Source: Auanema rhodensis
Lineage: Eukaryota > Animalia > Nematoda
Direction: 5' to 3'
Assembly (NCBI GenBank): GCA_964057225.1
Contig: OZ059896.1
Location: forward strand, 10,416,001 to 10,480,000
Length of the DNA: 64,000 nucleotides
The position numbers were made by a program, and so were the translations under genes. Shown one piece after another: positions 1-12,000 of this stretch (positions are counted from its first letter, which is position 1; each line of letters begins with the position of its first letter). The notes under the pieces are model-generated. The model searched no databases, was not told the DNA's origin, and saw nothing but the letters and a program-made list of their open reading frames with translations.

Positions 1-246
1 AAATGATCTCATATGATCAAGAAATGTAGAGAACTGGCATTTGCTGTAATAAATTATATATTCATGTCTGCTATGATTAAAGCACCTGTGTTACAAGACA
101 ACATAAGGAATCGTGATAACTAAATCAGTACAGCACACAACAATAACTTCAAAATATCTTCTAGTATACAATTTTAGTTCTGTTTTCTAGAGATCCGGAA
201 ACACGTACCTCAGCAAAAAATGATATCAACAGTAAAAAAATATATA

Positions 247-2014
247 TTATGAATCATCATCGGCCCATAGTGAACTATTATCATCTTCTTGTTCAGAAAA
301 GGATATGTTTTCCTGCACAGTTCTGAACTTTGCTTTTAACGCCGCACCTAGAAACGCTCCCTAAATTTGAAAAATAAAACTATAATTGTTTCTTAAAAGT
401 ACCTGATCTAAATCTGAAGTGGGAATATGTGTAGATCGTCGTCCCCGAGGAAGTGGTGTTCCACCAGGAGATCTAATACAAAAAATTACAGTAACGTTTG
501 AAAATTCGTATTACCTGTCAGTGTTAGTTTTCTTCAATCGAACAGTTTTTAAATCAAATACACTCGGCCTGACTATAGGTTCTCTATCACCGTCAGCAAA
601 TTCTGTATTTCTATTCTCGTCTTTCGTTTCAATATGCTATAACATTTCATTAACATCTGTTTTAACAATATTGTTACCTCCATAGCTAAACGAGGCTTAT
701 GTTGAGATTGATTACAGGGCTTCAAAAGATTAAGTGGGGGAGGTGGGGGAGGAGGTAACCCAGGAGGACATACTACTGGCGCTATTACTGGTTTTATAAC
801 AGAATTAGAATGTGTGTTTAAAGTCTAAAACGAAAGGATAAATAAAGTACATATAACAAGAAATACTTTTCCTCCCATAGTTGGACTACAAAGTGATCCT
901 CCCTTTCCTTCATCATCGGAAACAATAGACGCTCGTTCCGGTGAAGTATCCTAATAAAAAATGTAACTATGTAAACACGAGAAAAGAAACCTTCTCATTG
1001 GTGCGAAGACTCATAAAGTACTGTAATTGCTTAGTAAGCATGGCAACTTGTGCTTCCATTGATTGCAACTCAAAATAAAACTGTAACTGATAAGACAAAA
1101 GATGTAAGCGTACCGTTTCAGCTACTCCAGTTCGTGTGCTGCCCATAGACATTAGCTCATCATCATCTTCCAAAGTCATTGCAACAGACAATGGTTTATT
1201 AAAAAGCTTAACAGTACAAATTAACTTACGGAAAAAAGGTAAGCATACCTGGAATTCACTAATGTCATCTCTTGCTATAGATTCTGTTTTCACTCGAATT
1301 GGTAACATTGACCATTTTGGGAACAAATATGAATTTCTATGTACTACACCTAAAAAGGACAGATTGACATATTAAAGTTATGCACCCAACCTTCTTCATC
1401 ATCATCAGTAATAAGAACGGCTTCTATATTATTAAATGTATACTTTGGTGGTTTTCTTTCTACTTGTAATGGAACCTAAATTAATCTTTTACTGTTAATA
1501 ATGAAAATAAAATTTAACTTGATTCAATATCATTGCGGCATCGCCTTCAAAAGTGATAGGTTCGATTGGGGAATATCTTAAAGAAGCAAATGAGTGTATT
1601 ATTCAAGTAACAAAGCGTGCTTTAAAAGCATCCTTCGCAGATGTCGCCTACTGGCATTCCAAGTATTATTACAAAACGTGTCGAAGCATTGTCGTATGCG
1701 GATTCCTAGAGCTCGTAACCAAAAACGCTAAACAAGAATGTTGCATGAAGTATTAGTTATCACCAATAAACGAACCACTATCAACACCTCCTGGTTCAAA
1801 CATCGAGCCATTAATTCAATGCTACTTACTTCCTGTACAGCAACTACACCGGTGTTATAAGGCAGATGCTAAGACACTTGTATTATCGAAATACCATATC
1901 AAGTTAAACCTGCTCATTATCTTCATCAGAGCTAAGAGAATCATTTAATAAAGTAAATGCACGAGATTCCCTTTGTGATTCTAATTGAACTTCATTTCCA
2001 CCAGTAATACTCAT
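247..2014 (-). CDS. Multi-exon proline-rich protein, PRR11/MTFR1-like (coiled coil, polyPro, WH2-like LKKT, RSPGGTP)
   Basis: ATG 2014 follows acceptor ttatag|atc and gives MSITGGNEVQ. Later exons encode FELQSMEAQVAMLTKQLQ (coiled coil), PPGLPPPPPPPL, FDLKTVRLKKTNTD|RSPGGTP and GAALKAKFRTVQE...WADDDS, with stop at 247-249. RSPGGTP...ALxxKF resembles the PRR11 C-terminus. The middle exons are not fully resolved. Confidence 0.6.
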
Positions 2015-2373
2015 GATCTATAATTGAAAACAAACGTGCGAAGAAAACACTAAGAAACAGATAAGAGCCATATAATGATAACGATACGCAATCAATTAGA
2101 CCACATTTATGAAATATAAAAAAATGTATTGATTGATCATTTTAATTATTGAAATGAGGAAAATATTCAAACCATTTAAATTCGCGCTAACGGTAAACAG
2201 CGTGCAATGATTCGTCAACTATAAATAGCGTACAATTAAAGAACATAATTTTTGGTGAATAGTGGTTTCATGTTCACTTCAATGTTAAAGTCAACGCAGT
2301 AAAAATCTTTTTTTTTTGATTTATTTTTCAAGGAATTATACATAAATTAATGTCAACGTAAATAAGTATACAT

Positions 2374-5300
2374 TTAGTGAGGAGCTTGAGGAATAGCTTC
2401 TCCAAATTTGCTCTTATGAGCGGCATTCTTAGACGGAGTAAGAACATCATTGTGTACGTAAGAATCACAGGGATAACACCAAACAGAGAGATCAGCTAAA
2501 GAAAGAGCCATAGGATGAGACGAGGTTAGGTGATGATGAAGGGCGTGTTCGTGAACATGCCGGCCACAATGTCCCTGAAGAGAGTTCAAGAGATATATGA
2601 ATCAATAGTACAGTACGAATATATCATATATAATAACCGATGACCTACTTGATAGCAATGTAAGCATATCCATACTTCGGCTCTAATACTGCAAGAAGCA
2701 CAGGGCGTTTCGGAATCTATACCCACATCAGGAACCGGATTTACCTCAAATGGCTCTTTTCAAAGAATGTTTAAACAAAGCATTTACCTGATCTAAATGA
2801 GGACAATCTGAGAGAGGAATGACTGCATGTAGAGCTCCGATATCGTCGATATGTGAAGGACTGGTCAAATCGGCCATTTCTTCGTCTTCTTGATAATGGA
2901 TCCAGTCTACAGGAAGCTAAAACAAAGCATGAAACTTCAAAATTTAATTAGCTGTATTATTGGAAGAGGAACCAATTCATATTGCATTTGTTATATCAGA
3001 AATTTATTAATGTTTTCAAGCAAGCGGTGTGAAATGGGAAAAAAAACAATATAAAATCACAAATGATGTGTCTATTCATTTAATATTAAGTTTTTCAATC
3101 TCATCTGCCAATTCAGAAGGTGAAGGGACAGTACGAGCTTCGCGTAACTTGCTTGCTAGGCGGGAAGAACGGAGTGGTGTAACTTCCATATTTTTTAAAT
3201 TATCAACAATATTAGCAGTTGAGCCGCGTGAATTATGTAATCTAGAAGTTGTTTTGGGTGTTGATTTTGTGCTACGTGCTTTCCCGGACGTTGTAAAGTG
3301 AGGTGAATTTATAACTTTTCCAAACCGAGTCTAAACCCGCAACATAATGCAGGTGAAGATTTATGAATTTCCTTACCTGGAAGCCTTTTAACATGTGCCA
3401 ATAACGCTGCTGAATGAAAGCTGATTTCCGTAATGTTGACCAAGCCTCAGGATGAACATGTCTATAAGACTTCAACATTGAAGAAACAATTATCACTAAC
3501 ATACTTTTGCTTTTGTTCTAAAGGTTCTAAGAAATATCGTTTAAGGGACCGATTGATCATTGTTTCACATACAGCGGAAGCACTAACAGAGATAGATTCA
3601 ATGTTATATCCTATAAATAAGGTAATATATATCAGATATATATTTTTTTATTCACCTCCTTCTAAGACTGTTACTAGTTTTCCTCCAGCTAAGCCAGACA
3701 AAAAATGAGTAAGAAGCCCAAACATGGCAGGAGATACCTTAAGAACTAATAACTAGCTTTTGCTATGAGAAAAATATATTCACTTTATATTCTCCCAATG
3801 GATCACCCTTAGCCGCATCAAAACCTGCTGATATAAAAACTAAATCTGGATTAAACTCGTATGCAATTGGCATAATAATCTGAAATTCGAATACATATTA
3901 TGAAAACCATAAAACATAAATCCTTTGTTTAGCTCACTTTCACAAACGCAGCCTCATACTCTCTATCCCCCATAGCTGCTCCGCTGAACGGTATGTTCAC
4001 TGTGAATCCTTCACCTTTACCATCACCAACATCGGATAAATCTTTCGGCTCGCCTATAGGATAAAACATTCCTCCTTCATGTCTATGTATTGAAATGTAT
4101 AACACATTATTATCCTATAATATTAATTTTCTTGATTTTTTATTCATTATACAAACCTCAAAAAAGATTTCTTGAGTACCGTTACCATGATGAACATCCC
4201 AATCAACAATCAGAACCTTTTTTACTCCATATTTTTTAATGGCATACTATAACCAGCTCGTTTAAAAATTAACGTATACGTATTAAAACCTGTGTAGCTA
4301 TGCCTACGTTGTTGAAAAGGCAAAAGCCGCTTGGCTTCGATATTCCAGCATGGTGCCCTGAAAGGAAACAATCCACGAGCAAACAGAAACAAGACTACAA
4401 GGCCACCAAGAAGCTGCATGAATAATTCTAATGAAGAGCTGGCATGTAATCTCGTTCATAAACGTATATACAACGCGCCAGTATCCTTTTTTTACCAAAG
4501 AATTGTTCACCGATACACTTTTTTAAAATTAGAAAACGTTAATTGAAATCAATCTCCAAATTCGAGTAACGCAACCATATGATTCGTCACATTTAACTTT
4601 CCTTGAACTCATTCTTATCAACCGGTTGGTTTCCCAATTTTAATTTTACATTTGTTAATTTAATGAAAAAAATAGTACCTGGTGGTCGAATTACCGCAAA
4701 CGCATTCGACAATGTAGTGGGTTCGTCATTGTATACTTGATCTACACACTGCAAATATTTACATTATATACTAAAGTTGTAGTAATTTCCATAAGAATAC
4801 ATCTTATGTATCTATTTATTAAATCAAAAAAAATTAATTTTCCAAGTAGTTATAATAAAAATTGATTCTATAATATTCCCATTAGATGTTTATAAGATAA
4901 TATGAAACCTAGAAGATATTATATCAGTTCTAGATTGGAAACTTTTTTTTATTACGTAAGTATGTTCCAAATTTGAAACATTGTAGTGATAAGAAACAAA
5001 CGGCTGGGCTGTCGCATAGTCAAACAAAACCCAGAGACCAAGCTCATTCTTTTTCTCTTACAAATACATTCGTAAATTCAGAATTTGTGTGCTTAGCATG
5101 AGTCACTTGTTCACAAATTCTCTTCCAACATATTTATAACATAACTTCGTAATCTTAATGTAGAATACTCTCAGCAGTAAAAATTGACACTACGCTGTTT
5201 CAGAATAGACTACATAGGTGCACGGAGATATGTGTTAAACAGTGATACCAGGTATGCTCAAGAAAACATATAGTAATATTATTCTTCAGAATGGATACTA

Positions 5301-8300
5301 ATGCAAGTAAGCCAGAGTTGCAACTACCTCCATTTCACCGATTATTGGAAAAGGAATTTATTTTTCCATTTTTGTTATACTTCGCATTTTTCCGAATAGC
5401 TAGCACAATAATCAAGCAGAAATTCTGGCAAGACTTTAAGGGGTTTAAGTATGCAACATCTTTAAACAATGTTTAATAAAAATGCTTGCAGGAAATACCG
5501 ACTACAAAACTTGTCTGTATGTTTATTACATTCAGTTATTTCTGGATTATGGTCAGCAGCTTTCTTATTATTTCATCCAACTTTGATGGTTAGAGGGATA
5601 ATTATATGGTATAATCCAATTGCTGCACAATTACCTATTCTGTCAATGGGTACAAATCAAAATTTTTCATCACTCATTTAAAAATATCTGTAATTCTCCA
5701 GCCTACTTTCTTCATGATGCTATTGATATGCTCAATCATGAATGGTCTAAATGGACTTTAGAACTATTATTTCATCATGTAGCAACATGCTTTAGCTTAA
5801 GTACAGGCCTAGTGCCTCGCAAATTTTTATTATGCACCTACTGGGCTTTGCTCATGGAAGTTAATAGGTGATATTATCCAGAAAGTAAAATAATCTTAGA
5901 ATTTTAGTATTTTTCTGCACTGCCGAACAATTATGCAAATTTCTAATTATTCAATAACTTATTCAACATTTTACTATTATATACTGAAATTGAATGTTAT
6001 AAGGTAAATTAATACAAAATATTCCTTTCTTCAAAAATTTTAATTTCAGTTTCGTACTGTTTCGCTTTCTAGCACAATTAGTTTTTATATATTTAATTAT
6101 TTTTCATTACATTTTCGAAATGCATTACTTCTATTTATGTGTAGCATTGGGGGGTCCCTTCACTTTTTTTATCATAAACGGCTTGCTATTCATGAGAATT
6201 ATTGCTACTGATGGATATTTGGGTGATAAGTGGAGACAGAAAATAGCTACTACACGGTATTTAAATTTTAGAATCAGACCATGCTAATACAAATACTTGT
6301 AGGGACTTCTCGAAGGACGATACAATATCGAAAACGGATTAAAGCGTAAAAATTTTAGTATTATGTAAAGGTTACCGGCTGTTTAAATTGCAATAAAAAA
6401 ATAAAAATTTACCTGTAGTACAGCACCAACAGCATTTGATGCAATATTAAATGAATGATTTGTCAAAAAAATAGAATCTAAATCTTGCTCTTTTCGTCGT
6501 AGTTCTTCATCTGTCATCTAGAAATGGAAATTAAAAACATTTAATAACAAAAGGCTTACTCCCTGAGTTCTTGCTAAATTTTGCACATGAGGTCGATCAT
6601 GAACGAGTTCGAGCTCACTTTCAGTCGCCAATCGTTTATTCATAACCATTTCACATTGAACATTAAGACCATCTGTTCCAAAAGTTTCAATTATCTAAAT
6701 ACTATTTGAACAAATTTAGACTACAATACGCCTACCCGTTCTGTTCGTGCTGGTTTTTCGGGATGATCATCTTCCTCAATATTATAATGAAGATGGTCGT
6801 CTTTAATATAATAAACATATGTTTTTGAAGCTGCCGGCAGCTTCTCTTTAATCAGATCAATCATGTATAATAGTGTTTTTTATCAAAATGTTACCGTCAG
6901 CATTATAGAACATCAATTCAGATTGAGTCACATTACCCGTATTGACTTTTTCCTCTTCGGACAATGAAACGAAGGATGCATCAGATGAATGACTGTAAAG
7001 AAGTTCAGATAACTGAAAATTATATACACTTACATTTCCCAATTTTTTCCACTTTTATTTTTGTAAAAAGCCAATCCGGGCCAAAATTGTCTATGAACAG
7101 AAATTACATTTAGGCAAGTGGAGACAGTGCTGAACTATATATATATTCTTAAACTAGAATTGTGCAAACCTCTCTTTGGGAGGATTCAATGGTTGTAATT
7201 GATAAGGAATGAACCCTTTCAAAACTCGAACACAGCGCTGCACACCCAATGCTGATGCAGAATGATTGTATCCTCCCTTTATAAAACACTTTGCTCTATA
7301 ACAATACACAAATCGTACCTCTAATATAACTAAAAGTTTCCCTTTCGCTAATGCCTTCAAATGGTATAGCAAATGAGAATATCCGTCAGGAGTTAGATTC
7401 ATTTCCCCTAAAGGATCTCCTTGTAAGGAATCAAAGCCTGCAAACTGACGAATAAAATAAATACATAGTTATATGAACCTGCGGACACAATCACAATATT
7501 CGGATTGAAATCAGACGCTATTGGCCAAATAATATTCCAGAAAATTGCCAGGTAGTCGGAGTCTCCACACCCAGTCTAAAGGACATGCTGCTTCTTTCCT
7601 AATAATAAAAATAACCTCATTTAAGGGTATGTTAACGTTATATCCCCGGCCTTCTCCATCTCCAACAGAATCAAAATTAGATTCAGCTAAATGAGGCCAA
7701 TATTTTCCTTGCTCATAGCGATGAACCGAAATATATAAAACCCTAGAGAAAAAAACATTATTTTGATGGGATATTATCAAACCTCTTATCATCATAGAAT
7801 ATTCGTTGAGTTCCTTGACCATGATGGACATCAAAATCAACAATTAATATTCTATAGAAATAATATATATATTTTATATAATTCACATTTACCTATCCGC
7901 GCCAAAATTGAATGCAGCTTCTGCTGCTTGAGCAGAATTATTAAAGATACAGAACCCGTTAGCGTTCGATACATCTGCGTGATGACCAGGTGGACGTACT
8001 ATAGCAAATCCATTAGGTATCTACCGTAATGCTTGATTGAAAAAACTAAATATATGATAAATCACCTTTTCCTCCATAATCATTTCTGCCATAGTACGAC
8101 AACATGAAACACTCTCTTGGGCGGCTTGTAAAGAGCCATGAAATTACACAAGGTTTCAGTGTTTCTGCATATTAAACTTACTGGTGTCATAAAAACAGAA
8201 TCATATTGGCTACAAAAATTATTTAGCTCATCTTGATCCAAAACACTAGTATTGAATACACTATTAAGATAGTGAGCATCATGAGTTAATTTCAAATCAC

Positions 8301-8548
8301 TTTCGTCAATACTAGGCCAATCCTAAATAAAGCGCTCGTTGTTAGAGTTGAAATTCTATTCAAACCTCTAATATATTACAGCCTTCAATACAATCAGATT
8401 GTGAAAGATACTTTTTTATCAACTCTATTCTTGATGGATGTTCTGGATGTTCTGTATTTATGGTATTGATGTGATTAATTTGAAATGAATTATATCCAAT
8501 TGTAGTTTTATAGTCTATATTTGGCGACCCCTCAGAAAAAATATCCAT
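2374..8548 (-). CDS. hda-6: Histone deacetylase 6 (two deacetylase domains plus C-terminal ZnF-UBP)
   Basis: DD1: [46 protein letters not shown]2: RPPG|HHAG...[25 protein letters not shown]. ZnF-UBP: CPHL...WICLHCYQ|[11 protein letters not shown]...[12 protein letters not shown] 8548 lies 5 nt after acceptor cttttag. Confidence 0.96.
3076..3330 (-). CDS. hda-6: Putative alternative terminal exon of hda-6 (84 aa basic S/T-rich tail; isoform lacks ZnF-UBP)
   Basis: A 46-nt intron 3376-3331 (gtaagg...gtttag) joins KGFQ in phase 0 to an open frame TRFGK...EKLNIK with TGA at 3076-3078 and AATAAA at 3008-3003. The ZnF exon acceptor (exon starts 2916) is also phase 0. Confidence 0.7.
   Translation of the reverse strand, partial: TRFGKVINSPHFTTSGKARSTKSTPKTTSRLHNSRGSTANIVDNLKNMEVTPLRSSRLASKLREARTVPSPSELADEIEKLNIK
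5291..6342 (+). CDS. TLC-domain (TRAM/LAG1/CLN8) membrane protein, TLCD1/TLCD2 (fld-1)-like, nested in hda-6 intron
   Basis: Six exons with canonical short GT-AG introns; ATG follows ttcttcag|a. Motifs [43 protein letters not shown]|IFLHCR and FVLFRF; several TM segments; ends SKTD with TAA at 6340-6342. Confidence 0.9.
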
Positions 8549-9039
8549 ACTACCTAAAAGATATTTGTCTTGTTTATATTAATAAAAATAAAAGTATTAA
8601 TTTTTTTGCTGCATGAAAGAGTATCTTAATGCTTAAGTCATTTTTTGCTTTGAATAAAAAATGCTGCCGTTAGTTGCACACTTTAGTTCCTTTTGAAGGG
8701 ATAAAAACCGTGCAACCGGTTGCTTACTGCTATCCTAAACAATATATTTTTTTTGAAATAGTATGTTAGTTATTTAATTAAAGTTAAATGTTTAGTATGA
8801 AATGTTTAATATCATTTAATGTATTTCATGATTATAAAACATAAAAAAGCGGAAGGCCGTCCTACTTTTTTTTACAATTACTACTTGCAACCGATTTATT
8901 TGTTCATTTCTTCATATTGCGTCAGGTTGACGGACATGTTTTACAAATTTTGCTTCATTGTTTTTTTCCCTTCTTTATCTATGATATTTGAAATCAATTG
9001 TTATATGAACGTATTAACATCACTATACGTTTTCAGAAG

Positions 9040-12000
9040 ATGAGTAGGCTTAGTACCGTCCCTGATAATATCAACTTTTCTGCCGAGGAAGACGTAACCC
9101 TGAAGAGATGGAAAGAGAAAAAAGTTTTTGAAAAATCTCTAGAGTACGCTAAATAATTATTTCTTTATTTCTTTTATTTATTTCTTAGGATTTCTAAAGA
9201 TCGTCCTCGTTACACTTTTTATGACGGACCGCCCTTTGCTACTGGACTTCCTCACTATGGGCATATACTTGCTGGAACAATCAAGGTAGCTTAGCTTAAT
9301 GTACTAGAAAAAATTTTTTTTCAGGATGTGGTCACTAGATGGGCTCATCAAAGTGGCTTCCATGTAGAGCGACGTTTTGGATGGGATACTCATGGGCTTC
9401 CTGTGGTAGCTAAATATAGTTTTTTTTTTTCAAAGATAATATTTCCAGGAGTTTGAGGTTGACAAAACTCTTGGAATTAAAGGACCCGATGATATTCTCA
9501 AGATGGGAATTGGCAAATACAACGAACAATGCAGAAGCATTGTTATGCGATATGCTGATGTTGGTCTAATTCTGAAAACAGTTAACAACTTTGTTGTTTC
9601 AGGAATGGGAAGAAACTGTTAATCGCATGGGCCGATGGATTGATTTCCGTAATGATTATAAAACTCTTTATCCATGGTTTATGGAAAGTGTCTGGTGGGT
9701 TTTCAGCGAGTTGGTGAAGAAAGGAATGGTTTACCGTGGTGTTAAAGTAAAATAAAATTTGAGACGGTTTCAATATTCCTAATTTAAGGTAATGCCTTTT
9801 TCTACTGCTTGTTCAACTCCATTATCGAACTTCGAAGCTGGACAGAATTATAAAGATGTAGTTGATCCAGCAGGTTAGCATATATTCAAAAACATTATTA
9901 TACGTTTCATTCTTATAGTATTCGTTGGATTCCGTCTTGATGAAAATCCTAATAGAATGATGGTAGCATGGACTACCACTCCTTGGACTCTCCCTAGTAA
10001 CTTGGCTCTTTGTGTCCACCCAGACCTTTCTTATGTTGTAGCTAAGGGTAAGATTAATGTTTCACACTATTTTTACTCTCTATATTACAGATAAAACTAC
10101 AAATATTGAGTATATTGTTATGGAAGAGCGCTTATCCGAACTCAAGAATGATAACCTGGAAGTAATTGAAAAGGTAATATTTATCAGTCAAGGATAACAA
10201 TAAACATATAAAAATATCTTTGTTTTCTAAATTATGTGTATTTATGCTTGTTCTTAACAATATTTTTTCAGCTTAAAGGATCAGATTTGAAAGACAAAAC
10301 ATATCAACCTTTGTTCCCTTACTTTGAACATTTGAAGAAGGAGCGAAATGCTTTCCGTGTTCTCAATAATACTTTTGTTACCACTGATCAGGGTACTGGT
10401 GTTGTCCATCAATCTCCTTACTTTGGAGAGGTAAACCTCTAATATTTTTTTATAATTACTATTATGTTTCAGATTGATTTCACAGTTTGTCTTGAAAATG
10501 GAGTAATTACTAAGGATATGAAAGTCGTATGCCCTGTCGATGAGAAGGGATGGTAAGAAGATGTTTAAAAATTTTGTTATGGTGTTATATTAAGCTACAC
10601 ATCGGAAGTACCTGACTTTGTTGGAATATATGTAAAGGATGCTGACAAATTGATATGTAAGAGATTAAAGGAATCTGGTAACCTTATTAAACAAGGAGAG
10701 GTGGGAATGCGTCAATATGAAATAAATAAATAACTTCTTCAAGGTTAAACATAATTATCCATTCTGTTGGAGATCTGATACACCTCTTCTATACAAAGCT
10801 GTTCCATCGTGGTTTATCAGAGTAGAATCAATCCGTGATCGCCTTCTTGAATCTAATGAACATACTTATTGGTAAACAATTAGTTTGATTCATTAATATT
10901 CGTATTTGTTAAGGGTACCACAATTTGTCAAGGAAAAACGTTTTGCTAATTGGCTCAGAGATGCTAGAGATTGGGCTGTATCAAGAAATAGATTCTGGGG
11001 AACTCCTATCAATCTCTGGGTCAGTGACGATTTGGAAGAAGTTGTATGTCCAAGCAGTATTGCTGAATTGGAAGAATTAACTGGTCAAAAAATTACTGAC
11101 ATTCACAGGGAAAGGTATTAAAAAATTGTGTATAACATATTTATTGTATCACATGCAGTGTGGATCACCTTACTATTCCGTCTAAAACTGGAAGAGGAGT
11201 TTTAAAACGTGTATCTGAGGTAATAGCTCAACTCGCATCATATATATCAATGTAATATATAGGTATTCGATTGTTGGTTCGAGTCTGGTTCTATGCCATA
11301 TGCTCAAAATCATTATCCTTTCGAAAACAAGAAGGTCTTTGAAGATAACTTCCCTGCAGATTTTATTGCTGAGGGTATAGATCAAACACGTGGATGGTTC
11401 TACACTTTACTTGTTCTTTCTACTGCATTATTCAATAAACCACCTTTCAAGGTATAGCAATCTATTTGATTTTGTATAGTTTTTCTTTCAGAATTTGATC
11501 TGCAATGGTCTTGTTCTTGCAACCGATGGTAACAAGATGTCTAAGAGAAAGAAGAATTACCCTGACCCAATGGAGGTTGTGAAGAAATACGGAGCTGACG
11601 CACTTCGTCTATATCTCATCAACTCTCCAGTTGTACGTGGAGAGAATCTTCGTTTCCGGTAAAAGTTTTTATATAATTTTGTTTTTCAACTTTTTTTTAG
11701 CGAGGAAGGTGTTCGTGAGCTGTTAAAGGATGTGTTCCTACCATGGTACAACGCATATCGTTTCTTTGTACAGAATATTCAAGCTTATGAGCATGTTAGT
11801 TTTTTCTGTCGTTGAATAAATTGAATGTTAATTTCAGGAAACCAAAGAAGAGTTTAACTTTACTCATGATATTAGAAGTGACAATGTAATGGATCGTTGG
11901 ATTGAATCATTCACTAATAGTTTAGTTCAATTTGTGCGCAAGGAAATGGCCGAGTACAATCAGTTATAGTTATGTTTATTTAATTAATTTGTCTTAGATA

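Noticed and set aside
1-240. Possible start of another minus-strand gene at the window edge
   Set aside because: Splice phases were inconsistent in the frames tried; too little sequence.
4222-4419. Signal-peptide-like [19 protein letters not shown] upstream of an hda-6 exon
   Set aside because: It is out of frame with HDAC6, and the HDAC frame has a stop just upstream; no support for an alternative start.
5194-5201. CTGTTTCA piRNA (Ruby) core motif
   Set aside because: Single occurrence, no cluster; expected by chance.
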